NCBI GenBank assembly: GCA_977862235.1
Contig: OZ374557.1
Span: 2,232,001 to 2,296,000 of the forward strand
Source: Dudresnaya verticillata
Lineage: Eukaryota
DNA: 64,000 nt
Direction: 5' to 3'
In this document: positions 23,735 through 38,460 of the stretch, one piece after another
Layout of the letters: each line of letters begins with the position of its first letter
Position numbering within the stretch: the stretch's first letter is position 1
Translations under genes and position numbers: made by a program
Notes under the pieces: model-generated
What the model was told of the DNA's origin: nothing
What the model saw: only the letters and a program-made list of their open reading frames with translations
Database searches by the model: none

Positions 23735-23916
23735 GGGCGTCCCCGTCTCCTCAATGCGACGTGGTGCGCCCACCAGCACGGGCTTTGTCGGACTGTTAGT
23801 CCGCCACCATTACGGAGTACCCCCTTGATTTTGTTCCAGAAATCCCCCTTGAATTTCCACCACCCGGTGATTCTGTCTGTGTTCTACAACGGCAGAATTA
23901 TAAAATCCAGTTTACA

Positions 23917-26900
23917 GTGGGAAGGAGTAGTGACCTCATGTTACCTCTCATCACCGTATTGGATTCTGGTGCTGGGCCAAATCTCATTAACGCCAGACGG
24001 CTTCCACGCCACTGGTTGTCTTTGATTCGCCCCGCTGCCAGTCCACCTTTACGGGATGCGTCCAATAGGTCGATACGCCCGCTTGGTGTCATTCAACTTT
24101 TTGTCCGTATCGGAGACTTGCGTACTCGAGTCCACTTTCTGGTGGTCGCGAACCTCGCTGCTCCGTGTATCCTGGGAACCAGTTTTATTGATCGCCATGT
24201 CAAGGCGATCCTCCCACCGGCACGGAAAGTTGTTTTTCATCACCACTCCCCGGTTTCGTTGATGGGACAAACCGGACACTCCAAAACGGTGGCTTCTTCT
24301 ACCCTTCAGGGCCCCCTGTTTCATCCGCTTCGGTATCACAAAAGCTCTGCCTAGCAAAATCCCTTATTATCCCCCTATGGCCCAATCCCTTGCATTGGTT
24401 ACTACTCCTACCGGTGGTTTGTGTTTTCTTCAAAACCATCCCAAACCCATCCATAAGCACCTCACCCTTATGGCCAACGGGGCTATGGATATAATCCCTA
24501 ACAAACCCTTTAAGGTGTGGCTGACTAATTTTCCCCCAAACCGGTGCGGTTACCAAAGTCTACCATCCTGGGCCTCGCTACTGCTGCTCCCTCTGCCATA
24601 CTCACCGTTAACGGTGTACCTCCATTTAAGGAGGGGGGAGGACATATTAATTCCTTTCCTACTCCTCCTAATGAAAGCAGCGAGGCTACACCCCAAGATG
24701 GATTCAAAGGAAACACCGCATCGGAATCAACTACAACCCCTAACACCGATTGGAAAGATAACATCCATATTGGTGCCAAGGATGAAAAACCCCGCGCTAA
24801 GGTGGTTACACTCCTCGAGGAGTTCAGCACTATGTGGAACGGCGAGTTAGGGAATATAACTGCCGCGAAACACCGTATTGAATTAATGCCTGGTGCCAAA
24901 CCGGTGTATCAAGCACCATATCGGTCAGGACATAAACAGCGCGAGCTGGAGAAGGCAGAAGTGGATCGTATGTTGTCCGCTAAGGTGATGGAGCCATCCG
25001 CTTCGGAGTGGGCCAGCCCTGTGGTCTTCGTTCCTAAAAAGGACGGCTCCATGCGGTTTTGTGTCGATTACAGGCGACTTAACGCTGTCACCGTTCGGGA
25101 TTCATACCCTTTACCCCGGATGGATGAATGCATCGACTCCCTTGGAGAAGCTACAGTATTCACCACTCTGGATTGTAATAGTGGCTACTGGCAAGTAGAG
25201 ATCCCCGAGGAGGAGCGTGACAAAACCACCTTCACCAGTCATTATGGATTATACCGCTTCCGGAGAATGCCTTTTGGGCTCAAGAACGCACCCGCTACTT
25301 TCCAACGGGCGGTTGACATCATCCTATCTACGGTGAAATGGCAATTTGCCTTAGTCTATCTGGATGATGTGATTGTATATTCTAACACCGTCACGGAGCA
25401 CTTCGAACACCTTAAGGAAGTCCTCACGCTACTCCGTTCCGCAGGTGTAACTCTGAAATTATCAAAGTGTGCCTTCTTCGACACTTCCGTACAGTATCTG
25501 GGCCACATAGTGCACCCGGGCCAACTGGAAGTGGAACGGAAGAATATTCTCGCCATTAAGGAGGCTAAGCCACCTACAAACCAAACGGAGTTGCGCTCTT
25601 TTCTAGGATTATGTAATGTCTATCGACGCTTCGTTCCCAATTTCGCACGCATTGCTTCGCCACTCAACAAGAAAACCGGCAAGGGTCTGGTATTCGAGTT
25701 TGGAACTCTCACCGAAACGGAGTTTAACGCCTTTGAGGAGTTAAAGAGACACCTAATCTCTCCTCCAATATTGGCTTTACCCCGCCATGGTTTCAAGTAT
25801 ACATTGGATACCGACGCTTGTGATTACCAAGTTGGGTGTGTCCTTCTCCAGGAGCAACCTAGTGGAGATAATCTACCAGTGGGTTACTGGAGCCGAAGCC
25901 TAACCGATGCGGAGAAGAATTGCACAACCACTGAAAAGGAGTGCCTTGTTGTAGTTTGGAGTATGCTGACGCTACGCCCCTACCTTTATGGTGAAACATT
26001 TATACTCCGTACGGATCACGACGCATTACGCTGGATATTGAGTTTAGCCGATGCGTCTGGACGCTTAACAAGATGGCACCTACGCCTATCGGAATTTGAG
26101 TTCGAAGTACAATACCGCCCTGGTATCAAGCACCAACTCGCAGACGGTATGTCAAGACTCCGAACAGGTGGTGCTGACAAAGCTGAATTGGATGAAGAAG
26201 TGCCTTGCTTCGTTATGGAATCGACTCGTAATGGTGTAGTGCAACATGGTGTGCGACTAACCAATTGGAAACAGAATCAGAAGCCTGATGCCGCAAGCAG
26301 CCTTGTCCTAGGCGTTGAAAGTGGAGACACCGAAACGGATACTACGCCTGAAAAGGATACAGTACCACCCACTCCACTCCAGCAAACGGTCATCCAACAA
26401 GAGGATATGCGCAATGAGACCCTTACCCGTGAGGATTTCATAGCCGCGCAAGAAACAGATACTTTCTGCAAGCTTAAAGCCGAATCGGTGGGATCCCCTG
26501 GATCACAATTTGACTACGACCGACATGGGTTTCTTGTGCGCAAGTCTGCCCTCGACGGCGCACTCCAAGAGGTGGTACCACAACAGATGCGCGGTAGGGT
26601 CCTGTATCTTGCCCACTACACCTTGATGTCGGGACACCCTGGTGGAATTAAGATGTATTACACCTTACGGAGAGACTACTATTGGCCACATATGGCTAAC
26701 GATGTATTCGAGACCGTTTGGAGTTGCCGCTCATGTGTCAAAACCAAGGGCACGCGGTTTAAGCATCAGAAGTTCATGAAGCTATTTCCCGCGAGTGGCC
26801 CACTGGAGTTTGTCGCTACGGACATATTGGGCCCGCTGCCGAAAACCAAACGGGAATATGTCTTTGTACTGGTCTTCACCGATCGGTTTTCTAAGCTAAC

Positions 26901-28130
26901 ACGGTGCATTCCGCTATGGAGGATTACAGCCGTCGTGGTGGCGAACGCATTTTTAGACCATTGGGTGTATGCGTATGGCGCACCTAAATTTGTACTCACC
27001 GACAATGGAAGACAGTTCAAGGCGAAGTTCTTCGACGCTGTCTGTGCCCTACTCGGAGTGCGGCATTTGCTGACCGCTGCCTACCACCCGCAAACCAACG
27101 GGCAAGCCGAGCGGTTTAACAAACCCATCGCGCAGCGCCTTCGACACTATGTCGAGGATCACCACACCGATTGGATTTATACCTACAGCCGTTAACCTAC
27201 TCCTACAATATGCAGGTACACCGGATTACGGATACTACTCCTTTTGACTTGGTGTTAACTCGACACCCATGGGATATTATTGTGCGTGGCACCCCTGTGG
27301 AGTTGGGAGAAACCGTTACGGCGGGGCGTATGACGCCCGTACTCCAAAAACGGGGAACCATGCGGCGTTTGCGTTATGCCCTACAGAAGGCGCAGACCAA
27401 ACAGACTACAGCCCAGTTGAAGTCGAAGGCCTTCTTCGACCGTAAAGTGCGTTTCCGACCGGTGGTTCGCGGTGGCGATCAAGTCTACGTAGATCGCCCG
27501 CCGCGTAATCTACGACCCACCGAACGGAAGGAACGCGACCGATTGGGTCAAGGCCCTGACCACGTCGGTGAATTTGCGGAGCAAATGAAGAAGCTCCTCC
27601 CAAGATCGACGGGCCCCTACGAGGTACACACCGCAACGGACACTGTAGTCACTATCAAGAAGGATGGCGTCCTGATTCCCATCAGCATCGATCGCATCAC
27701 TAAGGTACCAATTGGAGTTCCCGTGCAACCGGCGCCGCTATTGGCTCCGCCGGTGACGCCACACACCGACATGGATGATACAGTATCCCAGCAGGCGGGA
27801 GGCACCACATTAGTACCCCAAACACCAGGTGGTATTACTGTAACGCCCCAAACGCCAGGCGGTATTTCTGTCCCCGTGCCGGAGACAATTGATGCCGACA
27901 CGGAGTATGTCATCGAGCAGATCGTGGGACACCGCAAAGAACCCACGGGCATGACTACAAGGTGCGTTGGTACGGCTACCCACCAGACCAGGATACGTAT
28001 GAACCCGCTGAGGAGTTGCCGCAAAACTTCATACACCGCTATTGGAATAGGAAGCGCACGGCAGCCGCTGCAGCTCGACGCCGCAGAGCCCCCACGTGTC
28101 GATAGCCGGTCGCCAATCACCTACGCAGTA
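23917..28130 (+). pseudogene. pol: Element C pol (PR-RT-RH-INT-chromodomain), frameshifted
   Basis: VLDSGAG; YLDD; DTDAC; GHPG...C..C; TDILGP/TDNG/GQAER; GPY; EYVIEQIVGH...WYGYPPDQDTYEP. Confidence 0.95.
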
Positions 28131-28172
28131 GGGGTTTTGGCAAAATCGGGAATGAACCGTGGACTTCGTGTT

Positions 28173-28302
28173 CACAGAACCCTTGCCCAAGGGGCTCTAC
28201 TCCATATTGGTGACTTGGCGTTGGTACAAAATGGGCATGACCTCTGGACTCTGGAACCACAGAACCCTTGCCCAAGGGGCTCTACTCCATATTGGTGACT
28301 TG
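28173..28302 (+). repeat. ~45-bp direct repeat x2 in the pol-antisense ORF spacer of C
   Basis: CACAGAACCCTTGCCCAAGGGGCTCTACTCCATATTGGTGACTTG at ~28173 and ~28258. Confidence 0.9.
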
Positions 28303-28546
28303 CCAGCAAGCGAGCAACCACTTCTGGTATGAGATGGTCGTCAACCGGACGTGAAGCCTTGTATGGTGGAGAGTATCCCCGCCACTTCGGGACTCACTCC
28401 ACAGTGGTGTTATTCCACTTCCTCTCCGTCGGTGGAAGGGGGGCTCACAAAAAATCACAAGAGTTTATCAACAAGTGGCATTTCTACGCTTACACTGCAT
28501 TTCGCGGACGCTTCGCTGGTGGCGCCAGGTCAGCCTCCGTATCTTC

Positions 28547-31222
28547 CTATTTTGCCGCACCCTCCTCCAAGTCGGGAATATCTTCACCATACACCCTTGC
28601 GGTGATCATGGTGAGCCTCCTGCCGGTGTCTTCCATGCGTCGACGCAAAGCACGAATGGTACACCGTAGGCACACCAGACGCCCGACCCACAGCACGGCG
28701 GTGTTAATGGCCTCGTTCGCCGACGCTGGAAGGGGCATGCTGGAATCTCTACACCCTTCGCGGAGTCGCTGCAGGGCAGCCCCATCTACGCGCAACTCCG
28801 CTTCGGTCCAACTCGTCATCTCCTTCGGGGCATCCTCTTCTTGTTTCACCACCACGGGGTCGATATTACGGGGTGGTCCTCCAGCTGGACCCGCAGCGGC
28901 CACAAACGTCACGGAGTCACTCGACGCGGGCGACACCGGTTTGGCAGTTTCACCCCGCTTCGGTACAGGGGTCTTCACTGCTACTCTAGACCGTGTGATC
29001 GCGAGTGCCTCCACTTGGTCGATCCCCGCCGGTGTAGCGCCCTCTTCCATTTCGGAGTCTTCGTGTTCCCCGACGGGGCCCAACTTCGCCACGGCTGCAG
29101 CTACTACCGTGGGCTTCTGACCAACTCCCGCTACGGTATTCGCCGCCTTGTCCAACTTGGTGTTCTTGTTAACCCCCGGCGAGGCCACCGGTTTCGAAAC
29201 CCCGATTGGTGTAGATGCTGCGGCCACCCCCGACAAACCCCCCTGCGTCTCGATCTCCGCTCCTACAGGAGGAGACTCTGTTACGGTATTCTTGGGCGAC
29301 GAAGTCGTGCGGTCGCCCCACACCTTTATGGCTTCTCCACCAGGGGATTCTCTTGGCACGAGGACCCTGGGGTCCCCGCGCACCCTCTCAATCTCGTCAA
29401 CCCCCACTGGTGTAATCTCGTCAGCAGGCGGACTGTCGAGGCGTCCCTGTTGATGCTGCACACCGAATGGAGTACCCCACTCGCGTGACGGCGGAGCCCT
29501 TGATGGCCCCTCCGTCATGGGGTAGAAGCGCGAGCGGGAGCGCATCGCGTGCCAGCTCAACATTTGCTCGTCGATCAACCACACCGGTTCGGGGTCTTCG
29601 TCCGACAGGAAATAAGCCATACCGCATCCGGAGTTAAGTGGCGGCACCGATAACACGCGGTCTTCGTCCCAATGGTAACCGACGAATCCTGGGGTTCGCT
29701 CCCAGTTGGTGTTCGCGCGAACCGCGAAGAGACGCTCAACACGCGCCAAGGGGTATTCGGTCCCCTCAACCAACCGGGCCACTCCAACTTGGTGTATGAG
29801 GGCAACCACTGTGCTTGGTAGCTTGAAGATGCGCCCGCACTCGCCACCTTCTGGATCCGTTCTGTTACGCGGGTATGCCCTCCAGTCGGTCATCTTGGTA
29901 TTGGCTCTCACGTCCCGGTAGGTAACTTGTAACCAAGCGAAAAGGACGAACATTGCCCATTCCGCTCGGAGTATTCGCCCCAACACGGTCATCAGTAGAT
30001 GGTCAACCGACTTCTCTCCGGCTGGGTGTGCATCTTGCCAGTCGCGCTGCTGGATAAACCGATTGGAGAGGTACGCTACCACCGTCGGAGTTGGCACCGA
30101 CAGCCAACGTGTGATTTCGTACTCAGCCCACCAATCCGGAGCGGTGCAGTATAATCGACGCTGCGCCCCCGGCGGAACCTGGAAGAATTCGTTCGTGTTC
30201 CAAGTGTGGAGTATCGCCCTTCCGAGGCGGCGTCCATCTCTACCCCGCAATCGGAGCCGATGCTCTTTCGCTGCGTCGTCAGCCCACCGTTGCGGATTCC
30301 CAAGCCAATGAACACCTTGGTCATATGGTTTTTCGTAGCAAAGGAAATCGACACCAACCGGATGATCTCGCAGTCGATGGTCCATTGCCAACAATCGACA
30401 CACCTTATCGGGATAGCCCTCTTCTTCCTGACATCTCAACCACACGATGTCACACCCAAGTGGAGTTCGCACCCTACAGTTTGCGTGAATCCACCTGGCC
30501 CTCCACATCTCTGCACGCCGATTCGGGAACCACTTGTTGTTGATTAACCCACCGGCGTCTGTAACAGCACTGTAGCGACTCCCCTCGAGGTTTTCACCAT
30601 AGTTGGAAACGAACACCGATACGGTAATGGGGAGACGCACCATATCTCGCTCCTCTTCGGTACGCTGACGCCGCCCGGTGCGGTGGTCATACTCCCGGCC
30701 CGGCCAAGTTCCCTCATCGGTGTACCCCGTCTAGTCCACACGCCCGTGGTAACTCCCCAGTGTCCCCGGCGCGTATGGCAGTGAACCCGACGGTCCGCCG
30801 CCGACACCCATGTGGAGTGGGGCTGAGGTTACTCCAGTTCTACCGTGCCCAACCTGGAGACCCTGCGCGTACGCCTCATATCGCCCATGCGGAGTTGTGC
30901 GACGATAACCACCAAGCTCCATCTCGGTGATGCCCTTTGAAGGACCGGGTCGTTGTACCCCCGGCCCCACCTGTCGATCCGGGAGCGGAGTGGGCGTCTG
31001 GCGAGCCTCGCCATCATTGCGTCGGCGCGGAACACGCGGGCTACCCGTGCGTGCTGGCAGCATCGGCATTGTGCTCGCTGCCGCCACAACTCCTGATATG
31101 GTGTCCGCAGATCCGCCGCCTTCTCCCTCTTCTGCCTCCGGCGCAGGAGCCGCCCCCACCGATGGTGTACGCCGTGTCGTTTGAAAGGGGACCCGTGCGC
31201 GGTCAGTGTTGCCGCCCGCCAT
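28547..31222 (-). CDS. Antisense accessory ORF of element C (unknown function; 698-codon open segment plus disrupted 5' part)
   Basis: ORF 28547-30643 has a Trp-rich globular region, a low-complexity linker and a helical C-terminus. Probable ATG at 31222. Conserved in copy C2. Confidence 0.8.
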
Positions 31223-31376
31223 CGCTAGTGGCACACCCGGTTGGACTTGCACGTTGGTCGACTTTCCCGAAGCAGAGTGCAACGATGAGGTTTGCTCCGT
31301 TGTTGGGTAAACCTGAGTGGATTTGTAGAAACGTGCCGAGGCGCACGAGGACGTGGCGCCATTTAGGGAAGGGGTC

Positions 31377-32051
31377 TGTGGTGAAGCGGCCGTTTCGGAG
31401 TGCGGACGACGGTTGAGCCGACTCGCAGCCGGCGCACCGGTGAGCTGGCGCCAAAAGTCGAAGCGGAGTGCAGTGACACAGTAGCACTGTATGCCCTGAT
31501 GGAGTATGCGCGCACCACCAATAGGAGCCAAGTAGTTGATTTATTTGTAATTAGGTAATTATAATCATGCTGTACAGTACGTAGTGTCAGCCGGCCAATG
31601 AGAATGCCGAGCATGTCCGCAACGGTGACCGGGACCAGTAGGGCCGGACCCACCTGGTGGACCAGACCCATTGGGGTCTGGCCCACACGGACCGGACCGC
31701 GGGGCGTATCCCCCAGTATATTAATGGGTGGCCACCGCGAGTCCTACAGTAAACGGGTACGCAACCCCGGGCAAAGTGACTTACCCTAAGCCTTACCCTC
31801 ATACTCCTTTACGGCTTCCCCTCGCCAGCCCCGAGCACGGATTCCTCTTACCTCCGTCTCGGTGTAGCTGTCCTGGCACTGTACCGACCCCCTTGTCTGT
31901 TGCGTCCCTTTACTCCTTACAGGTGTTGCCGCTCGAGGTACTCCCTTCGGTTTACGAACTATGCTCTACCACCCCGGTGCCGTGTGGGATCACTCCTTAT
32001 CGGGATTGCCTGATCAGCTCTCCTTACAGGTGTGCCTTTCACTTCACCACA
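31377..32051 (+). repeat. 3' LTR of C
   Basis: Preceded by PPT and followed by the TSD. Confidence 0.97.
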
Positions 32052-34002
32052 AGTTCTACCAGTATAAGCGACGTACGGCCGAGTGGCAACAAGAGGTGAA
32101 GAACCAGTTTGGCGAGATGCAAGTCAAGATGTCCACCACGGCTCTGATTAGGGACCAACAGCTTCGCCAGGAGATACACTCCGTCATTCTCGACGGTGCA
32201 CTTACGGCCATAGCCGAACGTTATGAGGAGCGTCTGGAAAAGGTTGAGTCAGCCGTTTTTCTTCCGACGGGAAGGTAAAACTCGCTGTTCCGCCTGACCA
32301 GACAAGGTCCGAGTCCGCTCGGATGACACCGGGCAATCAACCAGTCTTGGCACCACAGTTTGGTGAACCGGTAGCAGCAGTGCAGAAGCAACTGGACAAG
32401 TTGCAAGATGAGATTACAGCCTTGTCGCATCCTGACAAGGCTCGGCCGAATATTCCGGTAGAAGGGGTACCACCGCAAGAGGGCAACATTCAGAACAGTG
32501 GTGCAACCCCACGGCCTGCGTTAGTTGGACCTTCGGGCCCAGCTGATGTAGGAGAATCTTTCACGGGATATGCCGGCCATATGGATGAGACAGGTCTTCC
32601 GGTCGCAGCGATGGGGCCGATGGAACAGGGTCTAGAGCCTCTCAAGACCCTCCAGGAGCCCTTCTGGCGGATGGTGGATAACCGGACCCACCGTCTTCTG
32701 GATACTCGGCCAACGATGACTATGGAGGATGCGCGGCGCTTGTCCCGGATGACTCGCCAAATCCGGAACTTGTTCCCGCAGATGAACCCATTTGATGGCC
32801 GACGCCCGATAGAACTTCTTTCTTTCCTCAAGGAGTTCAAGGATGCCTGTGATGGGACAAAAGTTCATGAAGGAGCCGCCTTACGTCTTCTGGCCTTCTT
32901 TACGGCCGGTGATGCGAAGAGGTTCTATTCCGGCCGGATGTCCCGTGGTATACGGTCAGTACACTCCATCTTCCCGATGAGTGGATTTTCACAAATCAGC
33001 TGGCCACAATTAGTCCATGCTTTCATCAAGCGCTACTGCACCGAAGATGTTCTGGCCGCCGCGTTTGACAAAGTGGCCTGAACCAAACAGAAAGATACCG
33101 AGACAGAAGCGGAATTCGCCGACCGGTTAGGGGACGCGGCGCTGTCGTGCGCCGAAATCTTCTCGGAGAACACCCTGATCAACCATTATGTAAGGGGTTT
33201 ACCTTCGACCACTCGTTCGGCCGTAGCTGAGAAGCTTATGCAGATGCGGCCGGAGGAGAAGGACTTCTCGACGGTGCGTCGTATCGCCATCGCCGAGGGG
33301 GAGACACACAGAGCCTACTTGGCTTCTGCACGTCCAAAAATAAGGTCGGCCAGTTCCCGAAGTGCGTTGGTCATCCCTACCCTTGCGGCCGAGCCTGTTT
33401 GGCAGGCGGAGCCTGAGGATATAGCGGCCAACTATGATGATCCTTTTGACACCATACCGGTTATGGCCATTACTCCTGGCCAGAATGGTGCTCAGCAAAC
33501 ACCGACAATGACGCCGACCACGCCGTCACCGGCTGGGTCGGTGTCCGGGGGTAATACCCCGGACCCACTCCGGAAGCCGCCAACGTTGACGGCCGACGAG
33601 CTGACCAAAGTCGCTATTATGCTACGCAGTGACAAAACCAGTGCCCGTTGTTGGGGTTGTCGCGAATGGGGTCATGATTTGTACACTTGTGTGTACTTAC
33701 CAATGGCCATCAGGAACTTGTTTGCCATACGGAACTTCCGCTTCCGAGATGAGTACTCTAGATGGCACCCTGAACAGTTTGCTGGCCGAGGTGGTCGAGG
33801 TTACCGCCCCGATCAAAGGAATGTCTCCTTTGGAGATGGAAGGGGACGCCCTCCCCCTGAGGGAATACTCCGACGGCCGCAACAATCATCTTCGAACCGT
33901 GGGAATCGGCAGACCACGTTAGTCACTACGCAAGAACATCCAATGGATGAGGTGGTGGCCGACGTGGAGTCCGATAATTCTTCGTTAGCATCGGGAAACT
34001 AG
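32052..34002 (+). pseudogene. gag: Element B gag, main part
   Basis: VDNRTHRL, FDGRRPIELLSFL, QKDTETEAEFADRL, knuckle CWGCREWGHDLYTC; internal stop at 33079-33081. Confidence 0.9.
33993..33999 (+). promoter_or_regulatory. Putative -1 ribosomal frameshift heptamer G GGA AAC at the B gag/pol junction
   Basis: X XXY YYZ in the gag frame directly before TAG; the -1 frame is open into the protease ORF (34023-35396). Confidence 0.75.
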
Positions 34003-34022
34003 CCGGGCCGAGATCTTCGGTC

Positions 34023-37000
34023 GTGATCCCGTTGCCCGTACACGTCCCAAAAACGGCTAGTCTCGTTTCCGTTAAGTTGTTTCCTTTCAGTCACCTCCGT
34101 TTTTCTTCCTTGTTAGCCATTGCATGGCGTTTTGCAACGCCAATCCAGGTTTGGTCAACCCATGATTTGGCCTACCACTGCCCATTTTCATCTAACGGTC
34201 TGGTGTGGTCACCGGCTTGGCGTTTCGGCCATACTACATCATCATCATCCACCCCCATACCAAAAGATGGGGGTTCCTTGCCAAAGAGTGGCCGCAAACC
34301 ATTGAACGAAGAAAATACAGAAGATGCCCAGTCGGCCGATGTTTCATCGCAAGGTATGGTCTGCATCCTGGGTGGGGCCAACTATACCCTTTCGGGTTCT
34401 TTTGGTCTCACCATCTCTGCCTTGATACCCGGACCCATGGTCTTAGACACGTGTTCCGGGTGGAACATCATCCGACTGGATGCGTTGCCTCCCAATTGGA
34501 AGGACAACGCACTTGCGTTGACGTCCCCACCTCTTCTAGGGGACGCCAACCAACGGCCGATTCACTTTCGAGGGGCCGTTTACTTGGTCGTGCGCTTAGG
34601 CCGTCATTCATATAGAGTGCCGTTCCTTATCGCCGACCTTCGATTTTCTGTACCCATCTTACTGGGTACAGCCTTTTTGAACACGCACGTGGATAGCATC
34701 CAGTACCGTGGTCAAACCGTGCACTTAGTGCGCGGAGATATCCTTCCGCTTCTCCCTGACAGCACTTCAGTGGCTCTGGGGGCAGAGCCAACCGCTGCGA
34801 AGGGGGCCCCGCCTCCGGGTAATTCCAATTCGGCCAATATGGAACGCAAGCCTCTACGACACTACGCGGCCACTGTACGCTTGACGAAAGGTCTGACCAT
34901 ACGGGCAGGGCCACAGGCTACCGTGTCTGTACGCAGTGACGGCCGAGGATTGTGCCTGTTGGAGCCCAAACATTCTTTGAGCCTCCGGCACCATACGCGA
35001 ATGGCCAATGGAGTTGCCGACGTTCGGCCGCAGAAACCGTTCCAGGTAATGCTAGCCAACTGGGGACGAAAGGATGTCTTATTACCAAAGGGCACGGTAG
35101 TCGGCTATGCCGTCCGTCACCCTATGGCAATCCTGACGCCACACCGACAGAGCGTGGAAAATATGGCCAATGTACTTGAACTCACCCCTCTAGTGGAGCA
35201 GAATATTAGACAAGTAGAAGTAGAAGAGGTCGGCCAAGAAAAGGACATGTCTTTGGAACCAGAGACACCCAGAAACGACGCAGAAGAATGGCGGGACAAG
35301 ATCAAGCTCGATCACATCCCGGACAAGAAGCAACGCAAGAAGATAATGGCCATTCTGGAGAAACACAGTGCAATGTGGGACGGTTCCTTGGGATAGATCA
35401 TGGCCACCGAACACCGAATATACTTGGAGGAGTGGACACGGCCAATAAGAGCCATGCCCTACCGACAGGAAACAGCGTTACGAGCGATCGCTGAGGCCGA
35501 CATTAAGAAGCAGTTGGAGGCTGGAGTGATAGAGCCATCACATGGCGAATGGGCATCGCCAATTGTCATGGTGCCCAAAAAGGATGGCACTCTCCGCTTT
35601 TTTGTCGACTACCGTCGAGTCAATGCGAAGACAGTTGGCGACGCATATCCGCTCCCGCGCATGGACGATTGTATAGATTGCCTTGGAGATGCGGCCGTGT
35701 TTTCTACCTTGGACTGTAACTCCGGTTACTGGCAGATACCAGTGGCCGAAGAAGACAAGGATAAGACGGCCTTCACTTCCCACTTGGGGACATTTCGGTA
35801 TAATCGAATGCCGTTTGGATTGAAGAACGCACCGGCCACATTCCAGCGCGCGCTTGATATAGTTTTGTCCGGCGTCCGATGGCAAATATGTCTCATCTAC
35901 CTGGAAGACGTCATCGTGTTTTCTAAGAATGTGGAGGATCATCTTGGCCATCTAGGCGAGGTGCTTACCCTTTTGAAGGCGGCCGGTATTACCTTGAAGC
36001 TGAAGAAGTGTTCGTTCTTCCAGGCCAAAGTAGATTACCTAGGTCACGTGGTGACCCCCGGGAAGCTGAGTATGGCCATGCAAGGCACCAAGGCAATTGA
36101 AGAGGCCGAGTTCCCAGGTACCCTTACGGAACTCCGGTCCTTCTTGGGAGCTTGCAATGTCTACCGAAGGTTTGTGCCCAAATACTCTACGATCGCACGG
36201 CCACTCACCCGTATGCTGTGCAAGGATGCAGAGCCAAACTTTGAGCAGCCGACAGAGGAACAGAGTCATAGTTTCGAGAAGCTGAAGGCAGCCCTAATCT
36301 CACCGCCGATCCTAGCCCTGCCTCGACATGGACGGCCGTATGTCATTGAAACGGATGCCAGCGCTTATCAAATCGGGTGTGTCCTACTCCAAGAACAAGT
36401 GGACGGGACGTACCACCCAGTGGCATACGGGTCTCGTTCCCTGACTTCGGCCGAGAAGAACTATTCGGCCACGGAGCGCGAGTGTTTATCTGTGGTGTGG
36501 GCCATTTCATCGTTACGGCCATATGTTGAAGGTACGAAGTTCACGGTCCGCACGGACCATGACGCCCTTCGGTGGTTGATGTCGCTCACAGATTCGTCCG
36601 GCCGTCTCACGAGATGGAGGTTGTGTCTAGCCGAGTTTGACCTTGTGATCGAGTATAAGCCGGGGCGCAAGAATGAAGTACCCGATGCCTTGTCCCGACT
36701 GGTGGCCCCGCTGGAGAGCGGAGACATACGGCCAATAGATGATACTGTACCTGTATTGGACGGTACCCCCTCTATTCTCACGACCACGCGGGCAAGGAGA
36801 AATCGAGAAGCAGCCCACGCGTCCGATAGGAGGGAACGAGAAAACCAAGATGACGATGTTGACGAGTGGGAAGAAGAGCATTTGATGGCCGATTATACTG
36901 ACTACGGCCGGGCAGAGGCCTTCAGTCGTGCACAAGCAGAAGGGAAGGCATCGGAGACACTCCCCGCACCATTGACACAGGCTGAAATGATAGAAGGGCA

Positions 37001-38460
37001 GAAAAGCGATGACTTCTGTCAGACCATTATAGCTACACGTGCCGGTTTGGGTACGTCCAAGAAACCCCTCTTCTTCGAGAGTGCACAGGGATTCCTCTCC
37101 CGGCGGTGCCCTACGGATGGCCGACATCAAATAGTGCTATCTACTTCGGTACACGGCCGTATTCTTCGGTTGTGTTATCGTGCAGTTCTTGCAGGTCACC
37201 CTGGCCAGAACCGTATGTATCAGATACTCCGCCGGACGTATTATTGGCCACATATGGCCGCTGATTGCCTCGCCACTATTCGGAACTGTGGCCAGTGCGC
37301 CAAGAATCGGATCCGCAGACTACGTCATATGTCAAGGTTGAAGCTGTTTCCGGCCAATTAACCCTTGGAGAGCGTGGTCATGGATCTGCTTGGGTCGTTA
37401 CCTCGGACGAAGAAAGGCCATGAGCATATACTAGTCATCACCTGCCGTTTTTATAAGCTGATACAGGTGGTGCCTTTGGCCAAAATCACGGCGTACAATG
37501 TGGCCATAGCCTTTTGCATTCATTGGATCTTCAATTATGGAGCGCCAAAAACAGTACTGACCGACAATGGGGGACCGTTTGCGGCCAAGTTCTTCCAAGT
37601 GGTTTGTCACCAGTTACAAGTGGCCAATATATTCACGACTACATACCATCCACAGACCAATGGTCAATTGGAGAGGTATAATCGGACGCTGTCGGCCATG
37701 CTGCGAAGTTATGTGAACGAACACCAAACCGATTGGGACCAATATGCGGCCGCACTAACGTACCCGTACAACTGCCATGTACATCTTTTTACAGGAACTA
37801 CACCGTTTGACTTGGTCCTGAGTCGGCCACCAGGACCGTTTTCGTTAGAAGCCACGCTAAATCGGCCAAAACCAACGGGAACAGTCAAGGAAGCTTTCCT
37901 CCGAAGGTTGTCAGAGGCTGTAGATAAGGCATCGTCCAGTCTAACCCGCGCGCAGACACGCTATAAGAAGGACTTTGACCGCTCAGTGCGAACAGGAAAT
38001 AAGTCATTGGCCGCAGGAGAGTTCGTCTTCTTGGACAATCCGGAAAAAGCCGAAGAAACTGGAGCACCACGCACAAGGGCCGTATAAGATTATAAGTAAC
38101 GATGGCCGAACCTTCGTGATAGACCGGGATGGCCAGTTGGAACGCGTGAGCTCTGACCGAGTTGCCGCGGCACCAAGGCCACAAGGGCAACCACTGGCTC
38201 CGGAAACTATAAGCAGTGCTGCCCTTAGCAACCTCCCAGAGGGCGTAGCAGCGATGGCCGAAGAGTATGTCATTGATAAACTCATGGACATGCGCCAAGA
38301 TTCTACCGGCCGTCGTTGGTTCCAAGTCAAGTGGTATGGTTATCACGGCCGAACGTGGGAGCCAGAAACTCTCTTGCCGGCCACATTGGTCTCCCGTTTC
38401 TTCGCGCGCATGGCGCGTCGAGCCACACCAACCCAGAGCAGTAGCGGTGGGCAGGTTTGA
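34023..38460 (+). pseudogene. pol: Element B pol (PR-RT-RH-INT-chromodomain)
   Basis: VLDTCSG; YLED (mutated YLDD); ETDAS; GHPG..C..C; MDLLG/TDNG/GQLER; GPY; EYVIDKL...VKWYGY..TWEP. Stops at 35396 and 37361, frameshift near 38045. Confidence 0.95.

Larger units (their letters stand above)
20292..32051 (+). mobile_element. Full-length Ty3/gypsy chromodomain LTR retrotransposon 'C' (11.76 kb), TSD AGTTC
   Basis: LTRs 20292-20966 and 31377-32051 (TGTGGT...ACCACA); AGTTC at 20287-20291 and 32052-32056; PBS 20972-20989; PPT AGGGAAGGGG before 31377. Confidence 0.97.
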
